Shown: positions 29,234 to 39,036 of the stretch, one piece after another
Layout of the letters: each line of letters starts with the position of its first letter
Position numbering within the stretch: the stretch's first letter is position 1
Assembly (NCBI GenBank): GCA_963745235.1
Contig: CAVUXE010000037.1
Location: forward strand, 128,001-192,000
DNA from: an uncultured Spirochaetota bacterium
GTDB lineage: Bacteria; Spirochaetota; Spirochaetia; SZUA-6; Fen-1364
Direction of reading: 5' to 3'
DNA: 64,000 bases
Notes under the pieces: generated by a model
What the model was told of the DNA's origin: nothing
The model's database searches: none
Seen by the model: the letters and a program-made list of their open reading frames with translations, nothing else
Translations under genes and position numbers: made by a program

Positions 29234-30756
29234 CTAATAGTAGTGCACTTCCTTGAACGTGCTGAGCGGCTCTCCGGTTGCCATGTGGAGGATCTTCTCC
29301 TGCGTGGCCTCCGCCCGGCTGATCTCTCCGACCTTCCGCCCTTCGTGCATGACCATGATCCTGTCCGACATGGCCAGGATCTCCGGCATCTCGGATGAGA
29401 TGAGGATGATTGCCTTCCCCTCCCTGGCAAGGTTGGACATGATCTTGTAGATCTCGCTCTTTGTGGCCACATCGATGCCCCGGGTTGGCTCATCCATGAT
29501 CAGGAGGGCCGGCACCGTGGCGAGCCAGCGCGACACGAGGACCTTCTGCTGGTTGCCGCCGCTCAGGAACATCACCAGCTGGTCCAGGCTGGGAGTCTTG
29601 ATCCGCAGCGACCCGACGGCGTCGTCGCAGAGCTTGCGAAGCGCGCGATGCTTGAGAAACAGGGCTGCTCAGGTTGTTGCGCAGGCTGGGCATGATGATG
29701 TTGTCCCGCACGGAAAGGTTCAGGTACAGCCCGCTCCTCTTCCTGTCCTCCGTCAGGAACGCCATCCCGTGCCGGATGGCGTCGAAGGGGGTGTCGATGC
29801 TCACCTGCTTCCCGCGGATCCTGATCGTCCCCGCCTGCCGGGGCGAGACGCCGAAGACTGACTCCATGACCTCGGTCCTTCCCGCGCCGATCAGGCCGGC
29901 CACCCCGAGGATCTCTCCTTCTCTCACGGAAAAGCTGATGTCGTGGAAGTAGCCGCGCCGGGTGAGCCCCTCCACCTCGAGGACCGGCTTGCCGACCTCC
30001 GCCTTTTCCTTCTGGAAGAACTGGTCGATGGTGCGGCCCACCATCATCTTGATGAGCTTTTCGCGGGTGAGGTTGACGCTGTCCTCATGACCCACGAACT
30101 CCCCGTCGCGGTAGACGCTTACCTCGTCGGTGATCGCGAACACCTCATCCATCTTGTGCGTGATGTAGATGACCGCCACGCCGCGGCTCTTCAGGTCCTT
30201 GATGATGGTGAACAGGTGTCCTACTTCTTTTTCCGTCAGGGCGGAGGTGGGCTCATCCATGATGATGAGATCCGCCTTCCGGGAGACCGCCTCCGCGATC
30301 TCCACCAGCTGCATCTGGGCAACGCTCAGCCTGCCCATGATCTGGCGCGGCTTGAGATTGATCTTCAGCTCTTTCAGGATCTCTTCCGAGGCCTTGTCGA
30401 TGGCCCGGTGATCGATCAGCCCCAGGCGGTTCTTCATCTCCCGGCCCAGGAAGATGTTCTGCGCCACGGTCATGTACGGGAGCGGGCTCATCTCCTGGTG
30501 GATCATGGAGATGCCCTTGGTGAGGGAATCATGGACGCTCTCAAAGGTCGACCGGCCGCCCGCGCAGCGTGATGGTGCCCGAGTCCGGCCTGTACAAGCC
30601 GATGGCAACCTTCATGAGGGTGGACTTGCCCGCCCCGTTTTCGCCCATGACGCCGTGCACCGTGCCCGGGCGGACATGGAGCTGCACTCCGTTCAGGGCG
30701 TGCACGCCGGGGAAACTTTTGTGGATGCCTTCCATCTCCAGGATGAACTCGCTCAC
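29234..30756 (-). CDS. Sugar ABC transporter ATP-binding protein (RbsA/MglA-like, two ABC domains), frameshifted near 30545 and 29600-29660
   Basis: 'KSFPGVHAL...[12 protein letters not shown]' (ORF 30541), 'MDEPTSAL...TEDRK' (ORF 29490), 'LSGGNQQKV...DEPTRGIDV' (ORF 29234). Confidence 0.88.
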
Positions 30757-30787
30757 GGCGTGCCCGCTCCTTGTCCAGGAAGTCGCG

Positions 30788-30824
30788 AAAGAAAACCAGG
30801 GGCCGGGCTTCCGCCCGACCCCTG
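30788..30824 (-). terminator. Stem-loop plus U-tract after the inositol substrate-binding gene
   Basis: Minus strand CAGGGGTCGGGC-GGAA-GCCCGGCCCCTG followed by GTTTTCTTT. Confidence 0.7.
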
Positions 30825-30836
30825 CCGCAGTCTGCC

Positions 30837-31765
30837 CTACTTCATGTACTTCTTGTAGTTGTCGTACGTCACTGGCTCGAACGGGATCGCCGTGAAGACC
30901 GGGACGTTTTGCGTGATTGATCAGCTTCAACGCCGTCTGGACGGCGCCGCGGCCCTGTGCTCCGCCGTTCTGGAACACGGTCATGTCCAGTCTCTTGTCC
31001 GCGATGAACTTCAAGCGCGTCCGAGGTGGCGTCAACGCCCGTGACAACCACCTTGTTCTTCATGCCCTTCTCTTCGAGGACCAGCACCGCGCCGAGGGCC
31101 ATCTCGTCATTGTTGCGCGATGATGGCGTCGATCTTCACGTCGCCGGCCAGCCAGTTCTCTACCACGGTGACTGCGTCAGGCCGCTGGAAGTTCGCGGTC
31201 TGCTCCCGCACGACCTTCATGCCGGGGTACTTCGCAAGCACGTCCTTGCTGCCCTGCGTGCGGCCGATCTGCGGCGCGCTTCCCATGGTTCCCATCAGGA
31301 TGGCGACATTTCCCTTGCCGTCGCAGCTTCTTGGCCACGAACTCGCCTTCCAGGTTGCCTGCCACCACCTCGGGGGAAGCGACGGCGACGGCCTTTCCGG
31401 GAACGAGGGCCGAATCATCCGGCTTGCGGTTGAAATACACCAGGGGGATGTTCGCTGCCAGGCATTCCTTGGTGATGGTTGGCGCAAGGGTCTGGTCAAT
31501 GACGTGGATGAGAATGGCATCCACACCCTGCGTGATGAAGTTCTCAACCTGCTTGAGCTGCTCGTTCGGGTCCCGTTTCCCGTCGGCTGCGACGACGTCG
31601 ACGTTGTCTCTTCGTCGCCTCGGCGGTCAGCTGGTCGAGCGCATAGCGCATGAACACGTCATTGAAGTCTTCGATGGTGACGCCCATCTTCAACTTCGGG
31701 GCGGCCGTCGCGATGAGCGGCGCTGCCATCAGAGCCACCAGCGCAAACACAAGGATCTTCCGCAT
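30837..31765 (-). pseudogene. Sugar (probably inositol) ABC transporter substrate-binding protein, RbsB-like, broken by several frameshifts (likely sequencing errors)
   Basis: Consecutive fragments: 'MRKILVFALVALMAAPL...EDFNDVF', 'VDAILIHVID...PLVYFNR', 'GKGNVAILMG...GMKVVREQTANFQR', 'MALGAV...VVVTGVDAT', '[15 protein letters not shown]', ending KKYMK*. Confidence 0.8.
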
Positions 31766-31799
31766 ACGCACCTCCTTGAGAGATTTTTCGCGTTTGCAA

Positions 31800-31813
31800 T
31801 GCAAACGCTTGCA
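31800..31813. promoter_or_regulatory. LacI-type operator upstream of the inositol ABC genes
   Basis: TGCAAACGCTTGCA, one mismatch from the perfect palindrome at 38933-38946; minus-strand TTGACA lies at 31884-31889. Confidence 0.65.
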
Positions 31814-31899
31814 TAATGGGGCTTTAAAAAGCGGAAATACTTCCGCATGGTGAACCAATAATAAAACCGTTCCCATAGACAGTTGTCAAGCAAAAACTG

Positions 31900-32992
31900 G
31901 AGCCACTTATCCGGATTCGGGATCATCTGGTCCCGGATCAGCACCACCAGGTCGTCGACTGCCTTGCAGAACTGCCGCAGGGTCCTGCGGGTCGCCCCGT
32001 AGTCATCGAACTCCTCGGCCGTCATGCCCTTCTCGTCGTATGCGCGGCGGAAGTCCTCGAACTTCCGCTCCAGCTCCTCCAGGATCTTCGGATCCACCGG
32101 GGCGTCCATGCGGCTTCCACCGTCGACGTCGGAAGCGTTGAACCGCTTCTGCCACTCGAACGGGGGGGAAATCACGACGTCTCCGCCGATGAACTCGCTC
32201 CAGTGCAGGTGGTTGCGGAACGCCGCGGACAGGAGGCGCAGCCGGTAGCCGCGCTCCCGGTAGATTGCGTAGGCCTTCTTCATCACGGCAACCCCCGCCC
32301 AGTCGAAGATCCGCGGATCTGCGATGATGCCCTGCTTCTCCGCCACGACCTTCAGCCAGTCGTCGAGCCGGCCCACCATCAGCGTGCACACCGGCCCCAT
32401 GCGGCTGATGTCCTTCCTTTCTTTCTCCCGACGGTTCAGTCCCCGCTCCACGGCCTCCGCCACCGCAATTGCCTGCGGAAGCGTGAAGCTCACCGTGGCG
32501 TTGATGCTGATGCCCCGCTACGTGGCCTCCTCGATGGCCTGCAATCCCCGCGCGTGTGGCCGGGATCTTCACGATCATGTTGGGGGCAAGGGAGTCGAAG
32601 TGCTCCGCCTGCGCGGCAATTGCCGCGGCGTCCCGATAGAGCCGCGGATCCGTCTGAATGGAGAGCCGGCCGTTCCTTCCTTTTTCCCGATCGAAGACCG
32701 GCTTCAGCAGCTCCGCCGCCTTCAGCGACATCTCCTCCACGAGGCGCCAGGCCACCTCTCCCTCCGTGGCGCATGCCATTTCAGTGATGAGCTCGCCGAT
32801 CCTGTCCTTCCACTGGTTCCACTCCTTTTTCAGCACGGCGAGCACGATCACCGGGTTGCAGGTCGCGCCGACCGTGCCGTTGTCCTGGATCGAAGCCCCC
32901 AGCTCCTGCAGCGAGCAGGAGTCGTTCCAGAGCACGGACGGGGTGGTCCGGGTCATGAGGTGCAAAGGTGTTTCGTTCTGGTTGTTGCTCAT
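31900..32992 (-). CDS. Transaldolase-family protein (paralog 2), frameshifted near 32520-32545; 3' end approximate
   Basis: N-half 'LWNDSC...GATCNP...LSIQTDPRL...NMIVKIP' (ORF 32003-32992); C-half 'VCTLMVGRLDD...AAFRNHLHWSE' (ORF 31729-32493); clearly paralogous to 26203-27288. Confidence 0.87.
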
Positions 32993-33035
32993 GTGTGTGG
33001 TTCTCCTCCCTGTGATCGGCGTGAGGCTCTGTCCC

Positions 33036-33929
33036 TCACAGCCCGGCTTTCTCCCGGATGAACGCGCGGGCCTTGACCGCGTACTCGAACGGGTTCGCCT
33101 TGGCCGGATCCTGCTCAGCTTCCACGACGTACCAGCCCCGGTAGCCCTTCCTGTCGAGCAGGCGGAAAACCGGCTCGAAGTTCACGCCGCCATCCCCGGG
33201 GACCGTGAAGACTCCCTCCTTCACCGCGCGCAGGAAGCTCATGCGCTCCTTCTTCACCCGCTCGAGCACCGGCAGGCGCACGTCCTTCAAGTGCACGTGC
33301 CGCACGCGCCCGACGTGACGCTCCAGCACGGCAACATAGTCCTCACCCGAGAAGGCAAGGTGGCCTGAGTCATACAGGAGAGAGAGAAGAGAGGGATCCG
33401 TCATTTCCATCAGCCGGTCGACCTCCGCAGCGGTCTGTACCCCGGTTCCCATGTGGTGATGGTAGGTCAGGGTCATATCCTTCTCACGCGCCCGCTCCCC
33501 GAGCCTGTTCAGCCCCTCCGCGAGCCGCTTCCATTCCTCGTCAGTGAAGCGGGGCTTGCCCTCAAGCACGGGGACGTCCTGCATGCCCTGGATGGAATGG
33601 CCCTGTTCCGCGGCGCCAATGACGCGAGCGCCCACGGCGCAGAGAAAATCACGGTGCAGGAGAAATGCCTTCTCGACTTCCTCGTAGGGCCGGGTGGTGA
33701 GGAAGGAGCTGAACCAGGCGTTGCAGATGGTGAGCCCTCGCAGGTCCAGATAGTGCTTGAGCACCGCGGGGTCCCGGGGATACTTGTTGCCCACCTCGCT
33801 TCCTTCGTAGCCGGCGAGGGCCATTTCGGAGATGCACTGCTCGAAGGTGTTGCCGCCCCCGAGCTCAGGCAGGTCATCGTTGGTCCAGGCAATCGGAGCG
33901 ATTGCAAGGCGCACTCTCCTGTCTTTCAT
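33036..33929 (-). CDS. iolE: myo-inosose-2 dehydratase
   Basis: 'IAPIAWTNDDLPELGG', 'YHHHMGT', 'HVHLKD', 'FTVPGDG', 'VEAEQDP'. Confidence 0.96.
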   Translation of the reverse strand: MKDRRVRLAIAPIAWTNDDLPELGGGNTFEQCISEMALAGYEGSEVGNKYPRDPAVLKHYLDLRGLTICNAWFSSFLTTRPYEEVEKAFLLHRDFLCAVGARVIGAAEQGHSIQGMQDVPVLEGKPRFTDEEWKRLAEGLNRLGERAREKDMTLTYHHHMGTGVQTAAEVDRLMEMTDPSLLSLLYDSGHLAFSGEDYVAVLERHVGRVRHVHLKDVRLPVLERVKKERMSFLRAVKEGVFTVPGDGGVNFEPVFRLLDRKGYRGWYVVEAEQDPAKANPFEYAVKARAFIREKAGL

Positions 33930-33951
33930 CTGACGTTCCTTTTCGTGGTCC

Positions 33952-35817
33952 CTAGAACTTCCTGGCAGATTCGACTTCCCGCCCGATCTTCTTCGCCGCC
34001 TCCACTACTTTCGGGTTCTCGGAGACCTGCGCCGTTCCGACGCGCCACCACGACTCGTAGTCGTGCGTCATTGACTTCTGGGTCACCTTCACGTCGATCA
34101 CGGTGGAGACCGCGCCCGCCATGGCGTTTTTCACCGCGTCGCCGAACTCCGCAAGCGACTTCGGCGAGTACCCGCGGGCCCCGTAGCTTTCCCCGTTCTT
34201 CGCGAAGTCCAGGGGCATCAGGCTGCCGGTGAGCCTGCCTGTTTTCGGATCTCTCCGCCGGAGGTCGTTTCCGAACTTCACGACGCCCTGGCTGGTCTGG
34301 AGGTTGTCGATGCACTGGTAGCCGGCGTTGTCGAAGACGACGACGTGGATCTTGATTCCTTCCTGGATGGCCGTCAAGAGCTCGGAATGCAGCATCACGT
34401 ACGAGCCGTCCCCGACCAGGGCAAACACCTCCCGATGAGGCGCGGCCATCCGCGCGCCGACTGCCGCCGCTATCTCGTACCCCATGCAGGAAAAGCCGTA
34501 TTCCATATGGTAGGAGTCAGGCTCGCGGGAACGCCATACCCGCTGCAGATCGCCCGGAAGGCTCCCGGAGGCCCCCACCACAATGGCGTCCCGGGGCAGG
34601 AGCTTCTCGTTCAGCTCGCCGAGGAGCCTCACCTGGGAGAGCCCCGCCGGATCTTCCTCCGAGTACAGCCTGTCCTCTTCCTTTCGCCACTCCGCGCGGA
34701 TCTTTTCCACCTCGCCTTTCCAGCCGGCTTTCCACCCGGCAGAGCGCAACGCCTGCGTCAGCGCCTTCAGGCTTTCCCGGGCGTCGGCTACGACCGTAGT
34801 CGCGTTCATCTTGGCGGCATCAAAGGAGCTCACGTTGATCGTGAGGATGACGGAGCTCGGGTTCTTGAACAGGTTGCGGGAACCGGTCGTGAAATCGCCC
34901 AGCCGGGTCCCCACGGCAATGACCAGGTCCGCTTCATGGGCAATGCGGTTGGCGGCAAGCCCGCCGGTGACTCCCACGCCGCCCAGGTTGAACGGTTCCT
35001 CCCACGATATGACCCCTTTGCCCGCCTGCGTCTCGCCCATGGGCACGCCGAATGCGGCGCAGAAATCCGAAAGCTCTCTGCCCGCCTCGGAGTAGCGGAC
35101 CCCCCCGCCGCAGATGACGAGTGGTCGGGACCGGGACTTTACCAGCGCGACTGCCCGCTCGATCTGCCCCTTTGTCGGCAGGCGTCGCTCCACGTGATGG
35201 ACCCGCTTCTCCAGGAACTCCACGGGGTAGTCATACGGCTCCCCCTGAACGTCCTGGGGCAGGGCAAGCGTCACGGGACCTGTTTCCGCCGGGTCAGTCA
35301 GCACCCGCATGGCGTTGATGCATGCGGCCATGAGCTGTTCCGGCCTGTTGATCCTGTCCCAGTACCGCGAGACGGCGCGAAAAGCGTCGTTTGCCGTGGC
35401 CGTGTAGTCGTCCCATTGCTCCACCTGCTGGAGAACCGGATCCGGTTGCCGGCAGGCGAATACGTCCCCGGGCAGGAGAAGCACCGGGATTCGATTGACC
35501 AGGGCAACTCCGGCCGCTGTCACCATGTTGAGCGCCCCGGGTCCGATTGAGCTGGTCACGGCGAAGATCTGCTTCCTGTTCATCTGCTTCGCGTAGCCGA
35601 TGGCCATGTGGGCCGCGCCCTGCTCGTTGTGTCCCTGGAAATAGGTCAGGCCGTGGTTCCCCTGGGCAAGCGCTTCACCAAAGCCCACAACGTTGCCGTG
35701 CCCGAATATCCCGCCCACGCCCTTCACGAACTTCGTCTCGACCCCGTCGAACTCCGCATACTGCGCGTCGAGGAAGCGCAGGAGCGCCTGGGCCATTGTC
35801 AGCCGGAGAGTCTTCAT
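33952..35817 (-). CDS. iolD: 3D-(3,5/4)-trihydroxycyclohexane-1,2-dione acylhydrolase (ThDP-dependent)
   Basis: 'RLTMAQAL', 'IFGHGNV', 'TSSIGPG', 'PDPVLQQ', 'EYGFSCMGYE', 'VGDGSY'. Confidence 0.96.
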   Translation of the reverse strand: MKTLRLTMAQALLRFLDAQYAEFDGVETKFVKGVGGIFGHGNVVGFGEALAQGNHGLTYFQGHNEQGAAHMAIGYAKQMNRKQIFAVTSSIGPGALNMVTAAGVALVNRIPVLLLPGDVFACRQPDPVLQQVEQWDDYTATANDAFRAVSRYWDRINRPEQLMAACINAMRVLTDPAETGPVTLALPQDVQGEPYDYPVEFLEKRVHHVERRLPTKGQIERAVALVKSRSRPLVICGGGVRYSEAGRELSDFCAAFGVPMGETQAGKGVISWEEPFNLGGVGVTGGLAANRIAHEADLVIAVGTRLGDFTTGSRNLFKNPSSVILTINVSSFDAAKMNATTVVADARESLKALTQALRSAGWKAGWKGEVEKIRAEWRKEEDRLYSEEDPAGLSQVRLLGELNEKLLPRDAIVVGASGSLPGDLQRVWRSREPDSYHMEYGFSCMGYEIAAAVGARMAAPHREVFALVGDGSYVMLHSELLTAIQEGIKIHVVVFDNAGYQCIDNLQTSQGVVKFGNDLRRRDPKTGRLTGSLMPLDFAKNGESYGARGYSPKSLAEFGDAVKNAMAGAVSTVIDVKVTQKSMTHDYESWWRVGTAQVSENPKVVEAAKKIGREVESARKF

Positions 35818-35829
35818 GACCGCCTCCCG

Positions 35830-36837
35830 TCAAACGTCCACTTCGGAAATATTCACCGGGCGGCCTTCGGCCAGGGACTTCTTTGCGGCGAATCCCATGA
35901 GCAGCGGTTTCAGGCCGTCAATGTCACCCACGGGGCATGGTTTCCCGTCAATTACCATGTCGAAGAACGCGTTCATTTCGTCCAGGAAAGCCTGGTGATA
36001 GCGCTCCAGGAAGAAGTACAGCGGCTTGTCACCAGCCACCCCGATTTCGTTGGAGAGGACCACCGAGGTCGGAGTGTCGTTGGCGCAGGAAAGCGCCCCC
36101 TTGGACCCGAAGACCTCCACGCGCTGGTCATAGCCGTACGTTGCCTTGCGCGAGTTGTCGATCACGCCGATGCAGCCGTTCTGGAACGTGATCGTCACCA
36201 CGGCGGTGTCCACGTCTCCGGCCTTTCCAATGGCGGGATCCACGAGCACCGCGCCCTTGGCGTAGACCTCGACCGCATCGGATCCGGCCAGGTAGCGTGC
36301 CATGTCGAAGTCGTGAATGGTCATATCCAGGAAGATCCCGCCTGAGACTTTCACGTATTCGGGAGAAGGGGGAGCGGGGTCCCGAGAGGTGATGCGAAGG
36401 ATGTGCGGTTCCCCAATGGCACCCTGGTTGACGAGGTCTCGGACCCGGCGGAAATTGTGATCGAACCTCCGGTTGAACCCGACCTGGAGCGTCACCCCGG
36501 CTTTTTTCGCCGCGGCGAGCGCCTTCTTCACTTTCGCCACCGTGAGGTCCACGGGCTTCTCGCAGAAGATGTGCTTCCCCTTTTCAGCCGCCGCAATGAC
36601 CATATCCGCGTGCGTGTCGGTGGAGCTGCAGACCAGGACCGCTTTTATCTCGGGGTCCGCCAGCAGGTCGTGAGCGTCGCTACTCACCCGGGAAACGCCG
36701 AGCCCCTTCGCCCAATCACGCACCGTGTCAGCCGCCACGTCCGCGATGCGGGAAATCTGCGCGCGCGGGATGTGATGCGCAATGTTTTCCGCGTGGATCT
36801 TTCCGATCCTCCCCGCCCCGATCAGTCCGATCTTCAT
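35830..36837 (-). CDS. iolG: myo-inositol 2-dehydrogenase
   Basis: 'IGAGRIGKIHA', 'FCEKP', 'GFNRRFD', 'ITSRDP', 'DMTIHDFD', 'YGYDQRVEVFG', 'FFLERY'. Confidence 0.94.
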   Translation of the reverse strand: MKIGLIGAGRIGKIHAENIAHHIPRAQISRIADVAADTVRDWAKGLGVSRVSSDAHDLLADPEIKAVLVCSSTDTHADMVIAAAEKGKHIFCEKPVDLTVAKVKKALAAAKKAGVTLQVGFNRRFDHNFRRVRDLVNQGAIGEPHILRITSRDPAPPSPEYVKVSGGIFLDMTIHDFDMARYLAGSDAVEVYAKGAVLVDPAIGKAGDVDTAVVTITFQNGCIGVIDNSRKATYGYDQRVEVFGSKGALSCANDTPTSVVLSNEIGVAGDKPLYFFLERYHQAFLDEMNAFFDMVIDGKPCPVGDIDGLKPLLMGFAAKKSLAEGRPVNISEVDV

Positions 36838-37865
36838 GTGTCTCCTCCTTGTGAAAGCCGCACGAGCTCGTCCCGGCGGAACGACTGGGTTGCGGCAAAA
36901 GCCACCCTGGTTGCCATGACTCCGTCGCGGACGCTGACCTGCGGTTTGCGTCCCTCCCGGATGCAATCCACGAACTCCTGCGTTTCCGCGCAGTACGCCG
37001 CGCCGAATCGTTCCAGGAAGTTCTGCGAGCACTCCCGCACCGCGCCCCGGTCGTCGAGGAGCTCCACCATGTCCTTCTGCGGAACGCTGGCGATCCGCAG
37101 CGCCGCCCGCGTCCCGATGATCTCCGTCTCCACGGCATACCCGTGGGCAGCGGTCCTGCCGGCGAGCAGGAAGGCCATGGCATCGTTGTCGAACCGTATG
37201 AAGGCGGCCAGGTTGTCCCCGTCACCGTACTGCGCAAACTCGGGGTGCGCGTAGCAGCCTCCGGCGGCGAAGACCGTTGTCGCCTCGGCGCCGAGCATCC
37301 ATCTGGCCAGGTCGATGTCGTGCACCGCCATGTCCAGGAACTGGCCGCCGGAGGACGGCGCAAAGCGGATGGCACCGTCGATGGCGGATTCCGGGTCAAC
37401 AGAGTAGCCTCGAAAGAGTATGGGACGGCCGATATACCCGTCCTGGATCAGCTTGCGGGCCCTGCTGTACGACTCATCGTAGCGGCGCATGAATCCAAGC
37501 ATGAATACCTTCCGTGGATGCTTCGCCACGGCCTCTTCCGCCAGGACGCACTCTTCCAGGCTGATGCCAAGGGGCTTCTCGCAAAAGACATGGAAGCCGG
37601 CCTCCAGGGCCTGCCCGATCTGCCGGCAGTGCTCGCCGGAGCTCGAGGCAATGAAAATGGCATCCAGGTCCCTGTTCTCCAGCATCCCCTCGAACGAGGC
37701 GTAGCCTTTCGTCACCCCCCACGTCTCCTGGGCGTGACGCACCCGGTCCGGTTCCAGCGCGCACACCGCCGCCAGCTCGGCCCCCGCCGTTCGCACCGCG
37801 ATGTTTTCAGCGTGCTTCATCCCCAGTCTGCCAAGGCCGACAATCCCGACCCGTACCTTCTTCAT
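36834..37865 (-). CDS. Gfo/Idh/MocA oxidoreductase; second inositol dehydrogenase (stereoisomer unknown)
   Basis: 'GLGRLG', 'FCEKP', 'GFMRRYD', 'DMAVHDID', 'FLERF'; ATGA-coupled to iolG. Confidence 0.88.
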   Translation of the reverse strand: MKKVRVGIVGLGRLGMKHAENIAVRTAGAELAAVCALEPDRVRHAQETWGVTKGYASFEGMLENRDLDAIFIASSSGEHCRQIGQALEAGFHVFCEKPLGISLEECVLAEEAVAKHPRKVFMLGFMRRYDESYSRARKLIQDGYIGRPILFRGYSVDPESAIDGAIRFAPSSGGQFLDMAVHDIDLARWMLGAEATTVFAAGGCYAHPEFAQYGDGDNLAAFIRFDNDAMAFLLAGRTAAHGYAVETEIIGTRAALRIASVPQKDMVELLDDRGAVRECSQNFLERFGAAYCAETQEFVDCIREGRKPQVSVRDGVMATRVAFAATQSFRRDELVRLSQGGDT

Positions 37866-37877
37866 GGAGCCTCTCAC

Positions 37878-38951
37878 TTACGATCCGCGCCCGCCCGTTG
37901 TCTCGCGGATCACCAGCTTCGGAGCCAGGAGCGTGCGCCGGGGATCACCTCGACCGCTCCCCGCCCTGCGGCCCCTGATGAGCTCCAGGAGCCGCTCGCA
38001 CGTCGCCAGGGAAAGCTCCTCCCTCGGCTGGTGGATCGTGCTGAGGGACGGTCGGACGCAGGCGGCGAGATCCGTATCGTCATATCCGATCAGGGCTATT
38101 CCCTCCGGCACGCGCAGACCGAGCCTGTTCACCGCCAGGAGAGCGCCAATGGCCATGAGGTCATTGAGGGCAAGGATGGCGTCGTACTCGCGGATCCTCC
38201 CCGCGACGCTCATCACGGCGTTGTAGCCGGACTCCATAGTCTGGTCCCCGAAGAGGAGGTCATCAGGACCGAGTGCGACCGCGGATTCCGAAAGCGCGCG
38301 CCGCGCGCCGGCAAGGCGGAGCACGAACTCACGCTCGGTGACTTTCTCCCCCGGAGTGGCGATGCACAGGATTCGCTTTTTCCCGAGCGAGCAGAGGTAC
38401 CGCGCCGCGATGTATCCTCCATACTCGTTGTCCGGGTAGATGATGTCCACGTCGGGCGGGCAGAGGTCCGGCGGCGGATAATGGGAGAACACAAAGGGCA
38501 TGTCCTTGGCATGGAGGTAGTCGATGAGCTCCCGCTCGAACACGGGCTGCACAATGATGAGCCCGTCCACCTTCTTGCGAGCGACAAGCTTCCTGACGTT
38601 GTTGCCGCCGGTGAAGTGGTTGTTCAGGAACGAGACAAGAAGGTCGATATCGTTGCATTCCAGGACGCTTCTCAGGGAGCTGTGCAGCGTGCCGTGATAC
38701 AGGTTCACCCCCAGCTGGTCATAGTCCGGGGGAAGAATGATTCCGATGGTTCCGACGCGTCGGGTGATGAGGCTGCGCGCGTGCGTGTTGAAGTCGAAGC
38801 CGAGCCCATCCGCGATCTCGCGGACACGTTTGCGGGTCTTCTCTGGGATCAGGGACGATTCATTCAGGCTCCTTGAAACCGTGGCCATGCTGACTCCCGC
38901 AGCTCTTGCCACGTCTCTGAGCGTGATCTCTTTGCAAACGTTTGCATCCAT
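37878..38951 (-). CDS. LacI-family regulator of the inositol cluster
   Basis: 'ITLRDVARAAGVSMATVSRSLN', 'NDLMAIG', 'IGYDD', 'LSTIHQP'. Confidence 0.93.
   Translation of the reverse strand: MDANVCKEITLRDVARAAGVSMATVSRSLNESSLIPEKTRKRVREIADGLGFDFNTHARSLITRRVGTIGIILPPDYDQLGVNLYHGTLHSSLRSVLECNDIDLLVSFLNNHFTGGNNVRKLVARKKVDGLIIVQPVFERELIDYLHAKDMPFVFSHYPPPDLCPPDVDIIYPDNEYGGYIAARYLCSLGKKRILCIATPGEKVTEREFVLRLAGARRALSESAVALGPDDLLFGDQTMESGYNAVMSVAGRIREYDAILALNDLMAIGALLAVNRLGLRVPEGIALIGYDDTDLAACVRPSLSTIHQPREELSLATCERLLELIRGRRAGSGRGDPRRTLLAPKLVIRETTGGRGS
38933..38946. promoter_or_regulatory. Perfect LacI-type operator inside the first codons of the regulator gene
   Basis: TGCAAACGTTTGCA, a 14-bp perfect palindrome. 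Confidence 0.65.
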
Positions 38952-39036
38952 TCGATCATGCAGTAAGGCATTTGTTTTCATTTGTCAAGCTCGAATCAAG
39001 TCAGCAGCGCCTCCTCCGAAGTGCCCGGAGTGACTA

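Noticed and set aside
37143-38876. Long antisense ORFs (also 24744-26234, 42269-43738, 44801-46330, 57516-59327)
   Set aside because: Mirror frames of well-recognised genes, expected with high GC3; no motifs.
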